This document shows, piece by piece, positions 1 to 7,488 of a DNA stretch of 20,643 nt. This stretch comes from Candidatus Hermodarchaeota archaeon (GTDB taxonomy: Archaea > Asgardarchaeota > Thorarchaeia > Thorarchaeales > Thorarchaeaceae), in assembly GCA_048885865.1 (NCBI GenBank), contig JBHLLF010000045.1, positions 1 to 20,643 of the forward strand, read 5' to 3'. Positions within the stretch are counted from its first letter, which is position 1; each line of letters opens with the position of its first letter. Both the position numbers and the translations under genes were made by a program. The notes beneath the pieces were generated by a model. That model was not told the DNA's origin, did not search any database, and saw only the letters and a list, made by a program, of their open reading frames with translations.

Positions 1-236
1 TCAGGAAGAATGACCATGTCACGGCAGTGAGTCTTGACAATAACGTCCTTCCCCTTCTTTGCCTGCTTTCTTGCTGCCCTGAGCTTCACCAGGAGCTTCT
101 TCTGTCTAGGAGGAAGGCCTCTCTTGAGGGTCCTTCTGCGGCGTGAGGGGAGCAGCTCAATAAGAGTGTCCATGTTCATCTGAACTAGGTCCGTGAGCTT
201 GTGACCGCGGTACATTGGTTCGCCTTTCTGTGACAT
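1..236 (-). CDS. rps19: 30S ribosomal protein uS19 (archaeal S19P / eukaryotic S15 type); 3' end runs off the window; missing from the ORF track
   Basis: Manual translation from ATG at 236: MSQKGEPMYRGHKLTDLVQMNMDTLIELLPSRRRRTLKRGLPPRQKKLLVKLRAARKQAKKGKDVIVKTHCRDMVILP(E). The YRG, LPSRxRRxLKRG and KTHxRDMxILPE motifs are typical of archaeal uS19. GGTGA SD lies just upstream (241-245, minus strand). Confidence 0.95.
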   Translation of the reverse strand, partial: MSQKGEPMYRGHKLTDLVQMNMDTLIELLPSRRRRTLKRGLPPRQKKLLVKLRAARKQAKKGKDVIVKTHCRDMVILP

Positions 237-304
237 GTTATCACCGAAGATGGTATACGGAGTGGACAATGACCACTCAGAACGATGTCTGCTCCCTGAG
301 AAGT

Positions 305-314
305 GAATATAAGC
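305..314 (-). promoter_or_regulatory. Putative TATA box (CTTATATT) for rps19
   Basis: Minus strand reads GCTTATATTC directly after the TPR gene stop, about 70 nt upstream of the rps19 start. Confidence 0.45.
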
Positions 315-875
315 CTATTCATCTGGAGTCGCATCTTCCCAGGGTGCATTGATGACATTCCCTTCTTCGTCGAGCATCCCTGCGTTCTCCATCGCTTTAG
401 GAACCCAGTTTAGAGCCTCTTCTATTCCAGGGTCCCTGATGAGTGCTAGTCTTGCCAGCTCGACAGCCTCTGTCCATCGCTCGAGTTCGTAATTGATCTC
501 TGCCTTGTGTAGGATAGCCAGAGTAAGCCTGTCCTCAATTTCAAGTACCTTATCAAACTCCGACAAGGCCTCCTCCAGCATGCCTAGGTTTCTCAGACAT
601 ACCGCCTTGTTGAACACTGGCACAGCATCCTTGGGCTTCAGTTCAGCAGCTCGGTCCAGTAGTGAGAATGCCTCTTCGGTTTCCGGTGATTGTCTATCAG
701 GTTCTTCCTGCCCGTTAATGAGCGATACGGCGAGAGAGACCATACCATTGATGTCCTTGGGGTGCTTCTCGAGGAATATTCTAAGCTTCTCTGCAGCTTC
801 TTTAGGTCTATCCTCTGAGAGCAGCTTCGCAGCCTCTTGGTATTCCTTGTCTTTCTTTCGTCCAAAGATAGGCAT
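315..875 (-). CDS. Tetratricopeptide repeat (TPR) protein
   Basis: Repeated helical units with TPR consensus (AVPVFNKAVCLRNLGMLEEALSEFDKVLEIED; AILHKAEINYELERWTEAVELARLALIRDP). I prefer ATG 875 (MPIFGRKK) over the track start at 932, which would overlap the divergent promoter. Confidence 0.85.
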   Translation of the reverse strand: MPIFGRKKDKEYQEAAKLLSEDRPKEAAEKLRIFLEKHPKDINGMVSLAVSLINGQEEPDRQSPETEEAFSLLDRAAELKPKDAVPVFNKAVCLRNLGMLEEALSEFDKVLEIEDRLTLAILHKAEINYELERWTEAVELARLALIRDPGIEEALNWVPKAMENAGMLDEEGNVINAPWEDATPDE

Positions 876-907
876 CTGAGTGACCCTGTCTGAACGGATT
901 ATCAACA

Positions 908-917
908 CTCTTAAGTC
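908..917. promoter_or_regulatory. Putative bidirectional TATA-like element (palindromic CTTAAG) between divergent TPR and glmM genes
   Basis: CTTAAG at 910-915 sits about 35 nt from both ATG 875 (minus) and ATG 951 (plus). Confidence 0.45.
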
Positions 918-950
918 AATACCTAAGACCATCGCACAGTAGTGAAGAAT

Positions 951-2309
951 ATGGGCCGCCTATTTGGGACAAACGGAGTTCGTGGGGTGACTAATGAAGG
1001 ACTCACTGTAGAACTCGTACTCGATTTGGCGAGAGCAGCTGGAACAATACTGGGACCAGGAAAGTTTGCTATTGCACGAGACTCCAGATATGGTGGGCGG
1101 ATGTTCTATAATGCAGCCATCTCAGGACTTCTCTCCACAGGGTGTTCAGTTGTGGATGTTGGGCTCGTTCCCACTCCTACCCTACAATTCATGATACCAA
1201 AGCTGAGTTGCGTGGGTGGAGTCATGGTTACAGCATCACACAATCCACCAGATTTCAATGGAGTCAAAGTGATGGGGGCCAATGGTATCGAGGTCTCCAA
1301 GGAGGTTGAGGCCAAGATCGAGGATGTCTACTTCGATAAGAACTTCAAGATGGTGGACTGGGACTCGATAGGGGAGGTCTCCAAATACGATGCAGCCATC
1401 ATGGACTTCATCGATTCGATAAAATCACATGTTGATGTTGCAGCCATTGAGAAAAACAGCTTCACAGTAGTGGTGGATGGAGCCAACAGCGTAGGTTCAC
1501 TGGTCACACCAATTCTTCTGAGAGAGATGGGCTGCAAGGTACTCTCCCTCAATGGCCAACTTGATGGTGGCTTTCCAGGCAGAAATCCCGAACCCACACC
1601 AGAAAATCTAGTCAAGCTAAGAGAAACAGTCCGGTCAGTAGGAGCTAACCTTGGGATTGCACATGATGGTGATGCAGACAGAGCAACGTTTGTAGATGAA
1701 ACCGGACGCATCCTCTGGGGCGACCAATCATTTGCCATTGTTGCTTCCCGTGTGCTCTCAAAGAAGAAAGGTTCTACCCTTGTGACGCCTGTAAGTAGTG
1801 GTCGACTCATAGAAGATGTCGTGAGAAACGCTGAAGCCAAGATTGATTGGACTGTTGTTGGAAGTGTTGTAGTGTCCCACCGACTAGAAGAAACCGGTGC
1901 TGAACTAGGGGGTGAAGAGAATGGTGGTATATTCTATCCTCCTCATCAACCAGTCCGAGACGGCGCAATGACCGCCGCTCAAGTAATCGAAATAATGGCT
2001 GTTGAAGGCAAGAAGCTCTCTCAGTTGGTGGCAGAGCTGCCAACATACTTCAGCACGAAGATTAAACTCCCTGTTCCTGTTGAGAAGAAGGAAGCTCTAC
2101 TTGATATGCTTGTGGAGTTAACTGATGAACAGGAAAGAATCACCATTGACGGTGTAAAGCTCATTTTCGATGATGGTTGGGTTCTAATACGTCCCTCCGG
2201 AACCGAACCGCTTTACCGTTGTTTCTCCGAGGCCACGACTCAGGAAGAAGCGAACAGACTTGCAGAGCACGGTGCAGAGCTAATCAAAGAAGCAATCACT
2301 AATCTCTGA
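951..2309 (+). CDS. glmM: Alpha-D-phosphohexomutase (phosphoglucosamine mutase / PMM-PGM family)
   Basis: LFGTNGVRG N-terminus, catalytic TASHNP, metal-binding DGDADR, sugar-binding GGEENG and phosphate-binding RPSGTEP. Exact substrate cannot be decided from sequence. Start ATG 951 (alternative GTG 942). Confidence 0.9.
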   Translation: MGRLFGTNGVRGVTNEGLTVELVLDLARAAGTILGPGKFAIARDSRYGGRMFYNAAISGLLSTGCSVVDVGLVPTPTLQFMIPKLSCVGGVMVTASHNPPDFNGVKVMGANGIEVSKEVEAKIEDVYFDKNFKMVDWDSIGEVSKYDAAIMDFIDSIKSHVDVAAIEKNSFTVVVDGANSVGSLVTPILLREMGCKVLSLNGQLDGGFPGRNPEPTPENLVKLRETVRSVGANLGIAHDGDADRATFVDETGRILWGDQSFAIVASRVLSKKKGSTLVTPVSSGRLIEDVVRNAEAKIDWTVVGSVVVSHRLEETGAELGGEENGGIFYPPHQPVRDGAMTAAQVIEIMAVEGKKLSQLVAELPTYFSTKIKLPVPVEKKEALLDMLVELTDEQERITIDGVKLIFDDGWVLIRPSGTEPLYRCFSEATTQEEANRLAEHGAELIKEAITNL

Positions 2310-2324
2310 CTGAAGAGAATCCCA

Positions 2325-2972
2325 TTATGGCCATAGTATTGCAGATGCGGCTCTACCTACAGTGCCCTCAAGCCCAGCCAGATATTCAAGAAGTCGTCCG
2401 CACTCTGCATCACCCAACTGCCTGAAATCTATGAATTTCTCGATTTCCTGTTTCACAATTCGGACTAGGATGACCTCGGTATCTTCAGAAACATTATCAT
2501 CATCTGCATGCACTGCTTTCACTAGTGACTCTAGGTTCTTCACAAGCTGTTGCAGCGGCTGTATTCTTCCAGATTGGAATGGGTTCCTGAATTTCATTGC
2601 AACTATTGCTAGGAACAATCCAATACCAAATGAGATCACAACAGCGGATAGAAAATGCACCCCAAAATAGTATGCCATACCAGATTCTGCAGCCGAGAAA
2701 CCAATTATTATCTCATAAGCAATGAGCGCCCCAAGAGAGTAATCAATTATGGTGAATAAGCTCCATCTCGTTGATAATGACTTTAGCAGATCTCGCCGCT
2801 CCTCCGCCTCACTTATGGATTCCTCATTATCATTAGGGTAGATGATTGGAAGTCGCCATGCTTTCTTAATCAATCCACTACTCTGCTTTGTTGTGATGTA
2901 GATTAGGAGGAGCAGTATTAGGAATAAAAGAAGACGGATACTTGTAAGGAGAGTCACATCGGAAGACTGCAT
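2325..2972 (-). CDS. Hypothetical membrane protein (about 3 TM segments plus C-terminal helical domain)
   Basis: 215 aa ORF filling the space between glmM and the next gene, with hydrophobic stretches near aa 8-27, 70-95 and 100-127. No family recognised. Confidence 0.7.
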   Translation of the reverse strand: MQSSDVTLLTSIRLLLFLILLLLIYITTKQSSGLIKKAWRLPIIYPNDNEESISEAEERRDLLKSLSTRWSLFTIIDYSLGALIAYEIIIGFSAAESGMAYYFGVHFLSAVVISFGIGLFLAIVAMKFRNPFQSGRIQPLQQLVKNLESLVKAVHADDDNVSEDTEVILVRIVKQEIEKFIDFRQLGDAECGRLLEYLAGLEGTVGRAASAILWP

Positions 2973-3099
2973 AAGTTACCAGTAATTTGCAATACAATGA
3001 AGATATCAATCTGGCGCTTAATGTGAGGCCTGTCAATATATTTTCATTTTCCTTGCTCATTCCGAATGGTATTTCACTGACCAGATTTGCATTTTTCAT

Positions 3100-4509
3100 A
3101 TGTCACAGGTTGCAGAAGACAGTCCAACAGAGGCTGTTGAAACTCAGGAACGAGTTAGATATTGGCAAATCGATGCTCTGAAAGCGTTTGCCATTGCTCT
3201 GGTTGTTTTGGACCATAGTCTCACCTGGGATCTAAAGAGCCTAATCGGTGGAGTCTTCTGGGAGCGGACCGCCATCCCCATATTCATGATCGTCATGGGC
3301 TTCAACATTGGACTCTCCTTCAAGAATTCAGGAGCCACCACACTTCGGGAGCTATATTCACGAGAATATTTCAGGAAGAAGATCGAGCGTTACGTCCTTC
3401 CTTTCCTTCTTCTCTACTGGGGTTCTCTAATACTGGGACTATATTTCAACTCATTCACTTGGAATGAATATACCCTGATAGGATGGCTGCCGTTCTGGGG
3501 TCCTGGCAACTGGTTTATCCCTGTGCTTTTCAGTTCCATTCTCGTGCTCCCAATCGTCTACAGAGGCTACATTTCATATCCAAAGCTTACAGTTTTCCTA
3601 TGTTTCCTAAGCGAAATCCTTCTGCAGCTGTTTCTGTTCTATAATGTTCCATTGGTACTAGTGGATGGGCACTGGCAATATACAAGCTATGAAGCAGCAT
3701 TCCTGACCAGTGTCATAAGAACCAATATCTTGTTCCTTCTGCCAGCTGTTGGTCTTGGTCTATGGTTCACCGATAATCCTAGCATCACTGCAAAGCGAAA
3801 TCGGCTCATGTGGCTTGCTTTGCCTCTGAGCGTTATTTACATGATTGCCTATCAGTTTCTTAATTACCGAGCCTACGTGATTAACGGAGTCTACAGGCAC
3901 AACTTGATTTGGGGGGACTACACATTTCTAGTAATCCCATATACTGCCTTTCTGTTTCTGCTTGCGATGAGATATCTGCCCTCGACACCCCAGACAAGAC
4001 TCCAGACAATTATCCAACGAATTGGTAGAGCCAGCTACCATATCCTTCTAATCCAAATACTCTATTACTCAGTCTGGTACTACGACCATCCGAATTGGGC
4101 AAATGTAGGTTTTGGTTCAGATGTCCTGTTTCATGTCTGGTTCTATCTCTTCAGTCTTATCCTGACTTTTGCTGGAGGGATTGCATGGTATGAAGCTGAA
4201 CGAGCCGCCTATCAAAGAGGCAAAGCTTGGTGGCGTCATAACTACATGAAAAGAGTAGTCTACTTGGGCACTGCTCTAATCACCCTAGCACTGATGGGCT
4301 TTGTTATTGATATAGTAAGTGACCTTACAGGGCTGACTGCATATAGTCGAAGATATGGTATTATTGTCTTCAACCGTTATACAGGACCAGGGATAATGGC
4401 CAATTTCATTGTCATCCTGATTATGATCGCGATATGTCTGTTCCTTATTTACAGAGGCTTTACAACCATGGATGATGAAATCCCACTTGAGTTGTTGGAA
4501 TCAAGCTGA
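3100..4509 (+). CDS. Acyltransferase family 3 (OafA-like) polytopic membrane protein with extra C-terminal TM segments
   Basis: N-terminal R..WQIDALKAFAIALVVLDH motif, AIPIFMIVMGF, YFRKKIERYVLPF, GNWFI and IGRASYHILLIQ follow the AT3 consensus. About 12 TM segments. Confidence 0.85.
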   Translation: MSQVAEDSPTEAVETQERVRYWQIDALKAFAIALVVLDHSLTWDLKSLIGGVFWERTAIPIFMIVMGFNIGLSFKNSGATTLRELYSREYFRKKIERYVLPFLLLYWGSLILGLYFNSFTWNEYTLIGWLPFWGPGNWFIPVLFSSILVLPIVYRGYISYPKLTVFLCFLSEILLQLFLFYNVPLVLVDGHWQYTSYEAAFLTSVIRTNILFLLPAVGLGLWFTDNPSITAKRNRLMWLALPLSVIYMIAYQFLNYRAYVINGVYRHNLIWGDYTFLVIPYTAFLFLLAMRYLPSTPQTRLQTIIQRIGRASYHILLIQILYYSVWYYDHPNWANVGFGSDVLFHVWFYLFSLILTFAGGIAWYEAERAAYQRGKAWWRHNYMKRVVYLGTALITLALMGFVIDIVSDLTGLTAYSRRYGIIVFNRYTGPGIMANFIVILIMIAICLFLIYRGFTTMDDEIPLELLESS

Positions 4510-4578
4510 CCTGTTGAAATCTACAATCGACTCTGCACATTGAATGCTCTAAGACTAAATCAATCTAAAATGGATATG

Positions 4579-4598
4579 AAAGGGTCCTGAGACCCTTT
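4579..4598. terminator. GC-rich hairpin between convergent genes
   Basis: AAAGGGTC-CTGA-GACCCTTT: perfect 8-bp stem, 4-nt loop. Confidence 0.6.
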
Positions 4599-4627
4599 AC
4601 ATGATCTGCTATAATCTCTACGTAAGT

Positions 4628-4963
4628 CTACTCTTCAGGCTTTGATTCAGCGACTTCTTCTTCATCGAAGTCGAAGTCCTCAAGCGGCTCAGGTGCAGGA
4701 GTGGTCAGCATAGTCCAGCCAATCCACATCGCAATCACCATGATCAACACAGCTGCAGCCCAAATTGGCAGAATGATCAAGAACATCGGATCTGGGAGGA
4801 AGAAGTCATGCCAGAATCCAGATGGGAATATTGACTCGACCCAGGCTGTTATGCCCGGCCCGGTAATAGCGTTCTGGACCAATACGAGCGCCCATGTGTA
4901 GTACAATAGCACCAGAAACGCGAAGATGAATATCAGTGCACCAAGTATCTTTTCCTTGCCCAT
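4628..4963 (-). CDS. Small 2-TM membrane protein with acidic tail; DPM2-like
   Basis: Two TM helices with YYTW, HDFFLP and WIGWTMLTTPAPEP. GAGGT SD upstream. Pattern resembles eukaryotic DPM2 as recalled from memory. Confidence 0.75.
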   Translation of the reverse strand: MGKEKILGALIFIFAFLVLLYYTWALVLVQNAITGPGITAWVESIFPSGFWHDFFLPDPMFLIILPIWAAAVLIMVIAMWIGWTMLTTPAPEPLEDFDFDEEEVAESKPEE

Positions 4964-5263
4964 CGAAAACGACCTCGAATGGTGTTTAATGGTTCTGAGT
5001 CGTTAAGCAAAGTCCGTCTCATAAAAGGATTGCGTAGGTTTGAATGCTGTTCCGCAGAGAAAAGAAAAGAACAGTGGTCTGAGCTCCCATGATTGTTGCT
5101 GTCAATGAAGTTGTAGCTACCCTGAAGGGCAAAGCAAATTGTTTCCCCTTGCGTTCGTTCTCTGGCATCAAAGCATTTATTGTTCAGATTGGAGAGATTA
5201 GTCTTAATCAGAACACTGCTCGTTTCGAATAGCTAAATGACTTGCTAATAAATTATGAGAAAG

Positions 5264-5278
5264 AGGAATTGAATTCCT
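5264..5278. promoter_or_regulatory. Perfect palindrome, candidate transcription-factor site upstream of etfBA
   Basis: AGGAATT-G-AATTCCT, ending about 32 bp upstream of a TTATAT box. Confidence 0.5.
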
Positions 5279-5303
5279 TGGTGTTTTTCCTGTCAGCCCT
5301 GCC

Positions 5304-5316
5304 AAATCCCTTATAT
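5304..5316 (+). promoter_or_regulatory. Putative BRE/TATA promoter of etfBA
   Basis: AAATCCCTTATAT about 60 nt before the ATG. GGAGTGA SD at 5362-5368. Confidence 0.55.
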
Positions 5317-5375
5317 CTTGGTCATTTTCGCCCCAATGCGTTTGATATTTACCTCAATTCAGGAGTGAATCTACC

Positions 5376-6164
5376 ATGAAGATTATCGTGCCTGTCAAGC
5401 AGGTACCAGAGGTTGCAGAAGTTAAGGTCAATGAGGAGACTGGCACACTGATTCGAGATGGTGTACCCAGTATACTCAATCCGTTCGATGAATTTGCAGT
5501 TGAGGAAGCTGTAAGGATTAAGGAATCTCACGGTGGCGAGGTCACGGTCATTACAATGGGTCCTCCTCAAGCAAAATCAGCTCTATTGAAGGCCCTTGCC
5601 ATGGGAGCTGACAAGGCAATCCACATGACTGACCGCATCTTTGCTGGAGCAGATACTTGGGCCACAGCCTATACCTTGGCTGAACAGATCAAGAAGATGG
5701 AGTTTGATATTGTCATCTGCGGAAAGCAGGCCATTGATGGTGACACTGCTCAGGTAGGTCCAGAGATTGCAGAATTGCTGAGTGTTCCGCAAATTTGCTA
5801 TGTGCGTCATCTTGAGATTGCTGAGGGTGGCAAACATGTCATAGCATATCGTGAAACTGATGAGGGCTATGACATCGTCAGAGCAAGAATGCCTGTCTTG
5901 TTGACAGCGACTAAGGGCATCAACGAGCCAAGATTGGCAAATGTAATGGCTATCATGAAGGCCAAGCAGAAGCCAATGGAAATCGTGGATGCAGCTACTT
6001 TAGGCACTCCTGAGGATGAGCTCGGTCTGAAGGGGTCTCCAACTCAAGTGCGAAAGGTGTTTCCCCCTGTCAAGAAAGCTGGAGGAGTGAAGCTGGAAGA
6101 TGTTGATGCCAAGACTGCTGCCAAGCAGCTTGTTGAATTCTTGGCAAAGAAGGGGGCGATCTAG
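5376..6164 (+). CDS. etfB: Electron transfer flavoprotein beta subunit
   Basis: MKIIVPVKQVP, NPFDEFAVEEA, TMGPPQA, ALAMGAD, AGADTWATA, GKQAIDGDTAQV, INEPR and GSPTQV motifs. Confidence 0.96.
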   Translation: MKIIVPVKQVPEVAEVKVNEETGTLIRDGVPSILNPFDEFAVEEAVRIKESHGGEVTVITMGPPQAKSALLKALAMGADKAIHMTDRIFAGADTWATAYTLAEQIKKMEFDIVICGKQAIDGDTAQVGPEIAELLSVPQICYVRHLEIAEGGKHVIAYRETDEGYDIVRARMPVLLTATKGINEPRLANVMAIMKAKQKPMEIVDAATLGTPEDELGLKGSPTQVRKVFPPVKKAGGVKLEDVDAKTAAKQLVEFLAKKGAI

Positions 6165-6166
6165 AA

Positions 6167-7366
6167 ATGGGATTGATCTATGATAGAGAAAAATGCACTG
6201 GCTGCATGCTCTGTCCGAAGGTATGCAACTTCGATGCAATTGAGAAGGATGGTGACAAGGTCAGATTTGACTTCGACAAGTGTGTTCTCTGTGGCTCATG
6301 CGAGGAAATATGCCCGGAAGACGCCATTCTAATCGAACGTAAAGCTGTGGATACGGTTGAGATCGCCAAGTACAAGGATGTCTGGGTCTGGTGTGAAACC
6401 AATGACGGACGTCTGAGAAATGTCGCTTACGAGCTTGTGACCAAGGGCCGTGAGCTAGCTGACAAGCTTGGTGAGAATGTGGTTGCAGTCCTTCTTGGTC
6501 ATGAAACCGAACACCTTGCAGAGTCCCTGATTCATCAGGGTGCTGACAAGGTCTTGGTTGTTGACGATAAAGCCTTCGAACACTACACCACTGATGCATA
6601 TACCATCGCAATGGTTACACTGATAGCTCCAAGAAAACCATCCATTGTTCTCTATGGAGCAACAAGCAATGGAAGGGATCTGGCTCCACGAATTGCTGCT
6701 AGGATGGCTCTAGGTCTGACAGCAGACTGTACTGGACTTGACATTGACGACGAGCGTCAGCTGGTTCAGACTCGTCCTGCGTTCGGTGGTAATATCATGG
6801 CTGAAATCCTCTGTCCATACACTAGGCCTCAGATGGCCACAGTCCGACCAAATGTATTCAAGCCTAGTGAGCATGATAGGTCGCGCACTGGAGAGATAGA
6901 AAAGGTCGAAATCAAAATTGGAGCCAACCAAATCAGGACTAGAGTTCTCGAGAGTGTGAAAGAAGTTGTTGAGGGTATGAAATCTGTGGAGGAGTCTGAT
7001 ATTGTGGTCTGTAGCGGTCGAGGAATCAAGGATCCTTCCAATCTGGATCTTCCTCGTGAACTAGCCCGTCTGCTAGACGCAGCTGTTGGGGGTTCTCGTC
7101 CAATTGTTGATCTCGGATGGCTGCCTCCATCGCAGCAGGTTGGTCAGTCAGGTCGTACAGTTTCTCCAATGCTTTACTTTGCTCTTGGCATCTCAGGAGC
7201 TATCCAACACTGTGCAGGAATGAGTTCTTCCGATATCATAGTTGCAGTGAATAAGGACCCTGAGGCTCCAATCTTTGAGATTGCTGACTTCGGCATAGTT
7301 GGTGACATATTCGAGGTAGTCCCTGAGATAATCGAGGAGATTAAACGAATTCAAGCTGAGAGGTAG
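6167..7366 (+). CDS. etfA: Electron transfer flavoprotein alpha subunit with N-terminal 2x[4Fe-4S] ferredoxin domain
   Basis: [11 protein letters not shown] and [12 protein letters not shown], then [39 protein letters not shown] and GISGAIQH. Starts 2 nt after the etfB stop. Confidence 0.96.
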   Translation: MGLIYDREKCTGCMLCPKVCNFDAIEKDGDKVRFDFDKCVLCGSCEEICPEDAILIERKAVDTVEIAKYKDVWVWCETNDGRLRNVAYELVTKGRELADKLGENVVAVLLGHETEHLAESLIHQGADKVLVVDDKAFEHYTTDAYTIAMVTLIAPRKPSIVLYGATSNGRDLAPRIAARMALGLTADCTGLDIDDERQLVQTRPAFGGNIMAEILCPYTRPQMATVRPNVFKPSEHDRSRTGEIEKVEIKIGANQIRTRVLESVKEVVEGMKSVEESDIVVCSGRGIKDPSNLDLPRELARLLDAAVGGSRPIVDLGWLPPSQQVGQSGRTVSPMLYFALGISGAIQHCAGMSSSDIIVAVNKDPEAPIFEIADFGIVGDIFEVVPEIIEEIKRIQAER

Positions 7367-7374
7367 ACAATTCT

Positions 7375-7399
7375 GGGGGTCCTTTATTCATAGACCCCC
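7375..7399 (+). terminator. Hairpin after etfA followed by a pyrimidine-rich tract
   Basis: GGGGGTC-(11 nt)-GACCCCC, then CTCATCTTCATTTT. Confidence 0.6.
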
Positions 7400-7488
7400 C
7401 TCATCTTCATTTTGGACCTTAATCATACAAAACCCTATTTGCGCATTTACTCCCATCTTACCTAGAACATCACATTTCTACTGTGGCA

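Noticed and set aside
876-932. N-terminal extension of the TPR ORF
   Set aside because: It overlaps the probable shared promoter; MPIFGRKK at 875 is the more plausible start.
2997-3080. Possible box C/D sRNA (ATGAAGA...CTGA); a similar pair at 5105-5125
   Set aside because: Imperfect C boxes, spacing does not fit the C-D'-C'-D layout, and no terminal stem or identifiable guide.
4471-4488. DDEIPL (and YDEIPM in the Zn-ribbon protein) resembling the bacterial SSB C-terminal DDDIPF motif
   Set aside because: Not at the extreme terminus, lacks the Phe, and acidic tails are common here.
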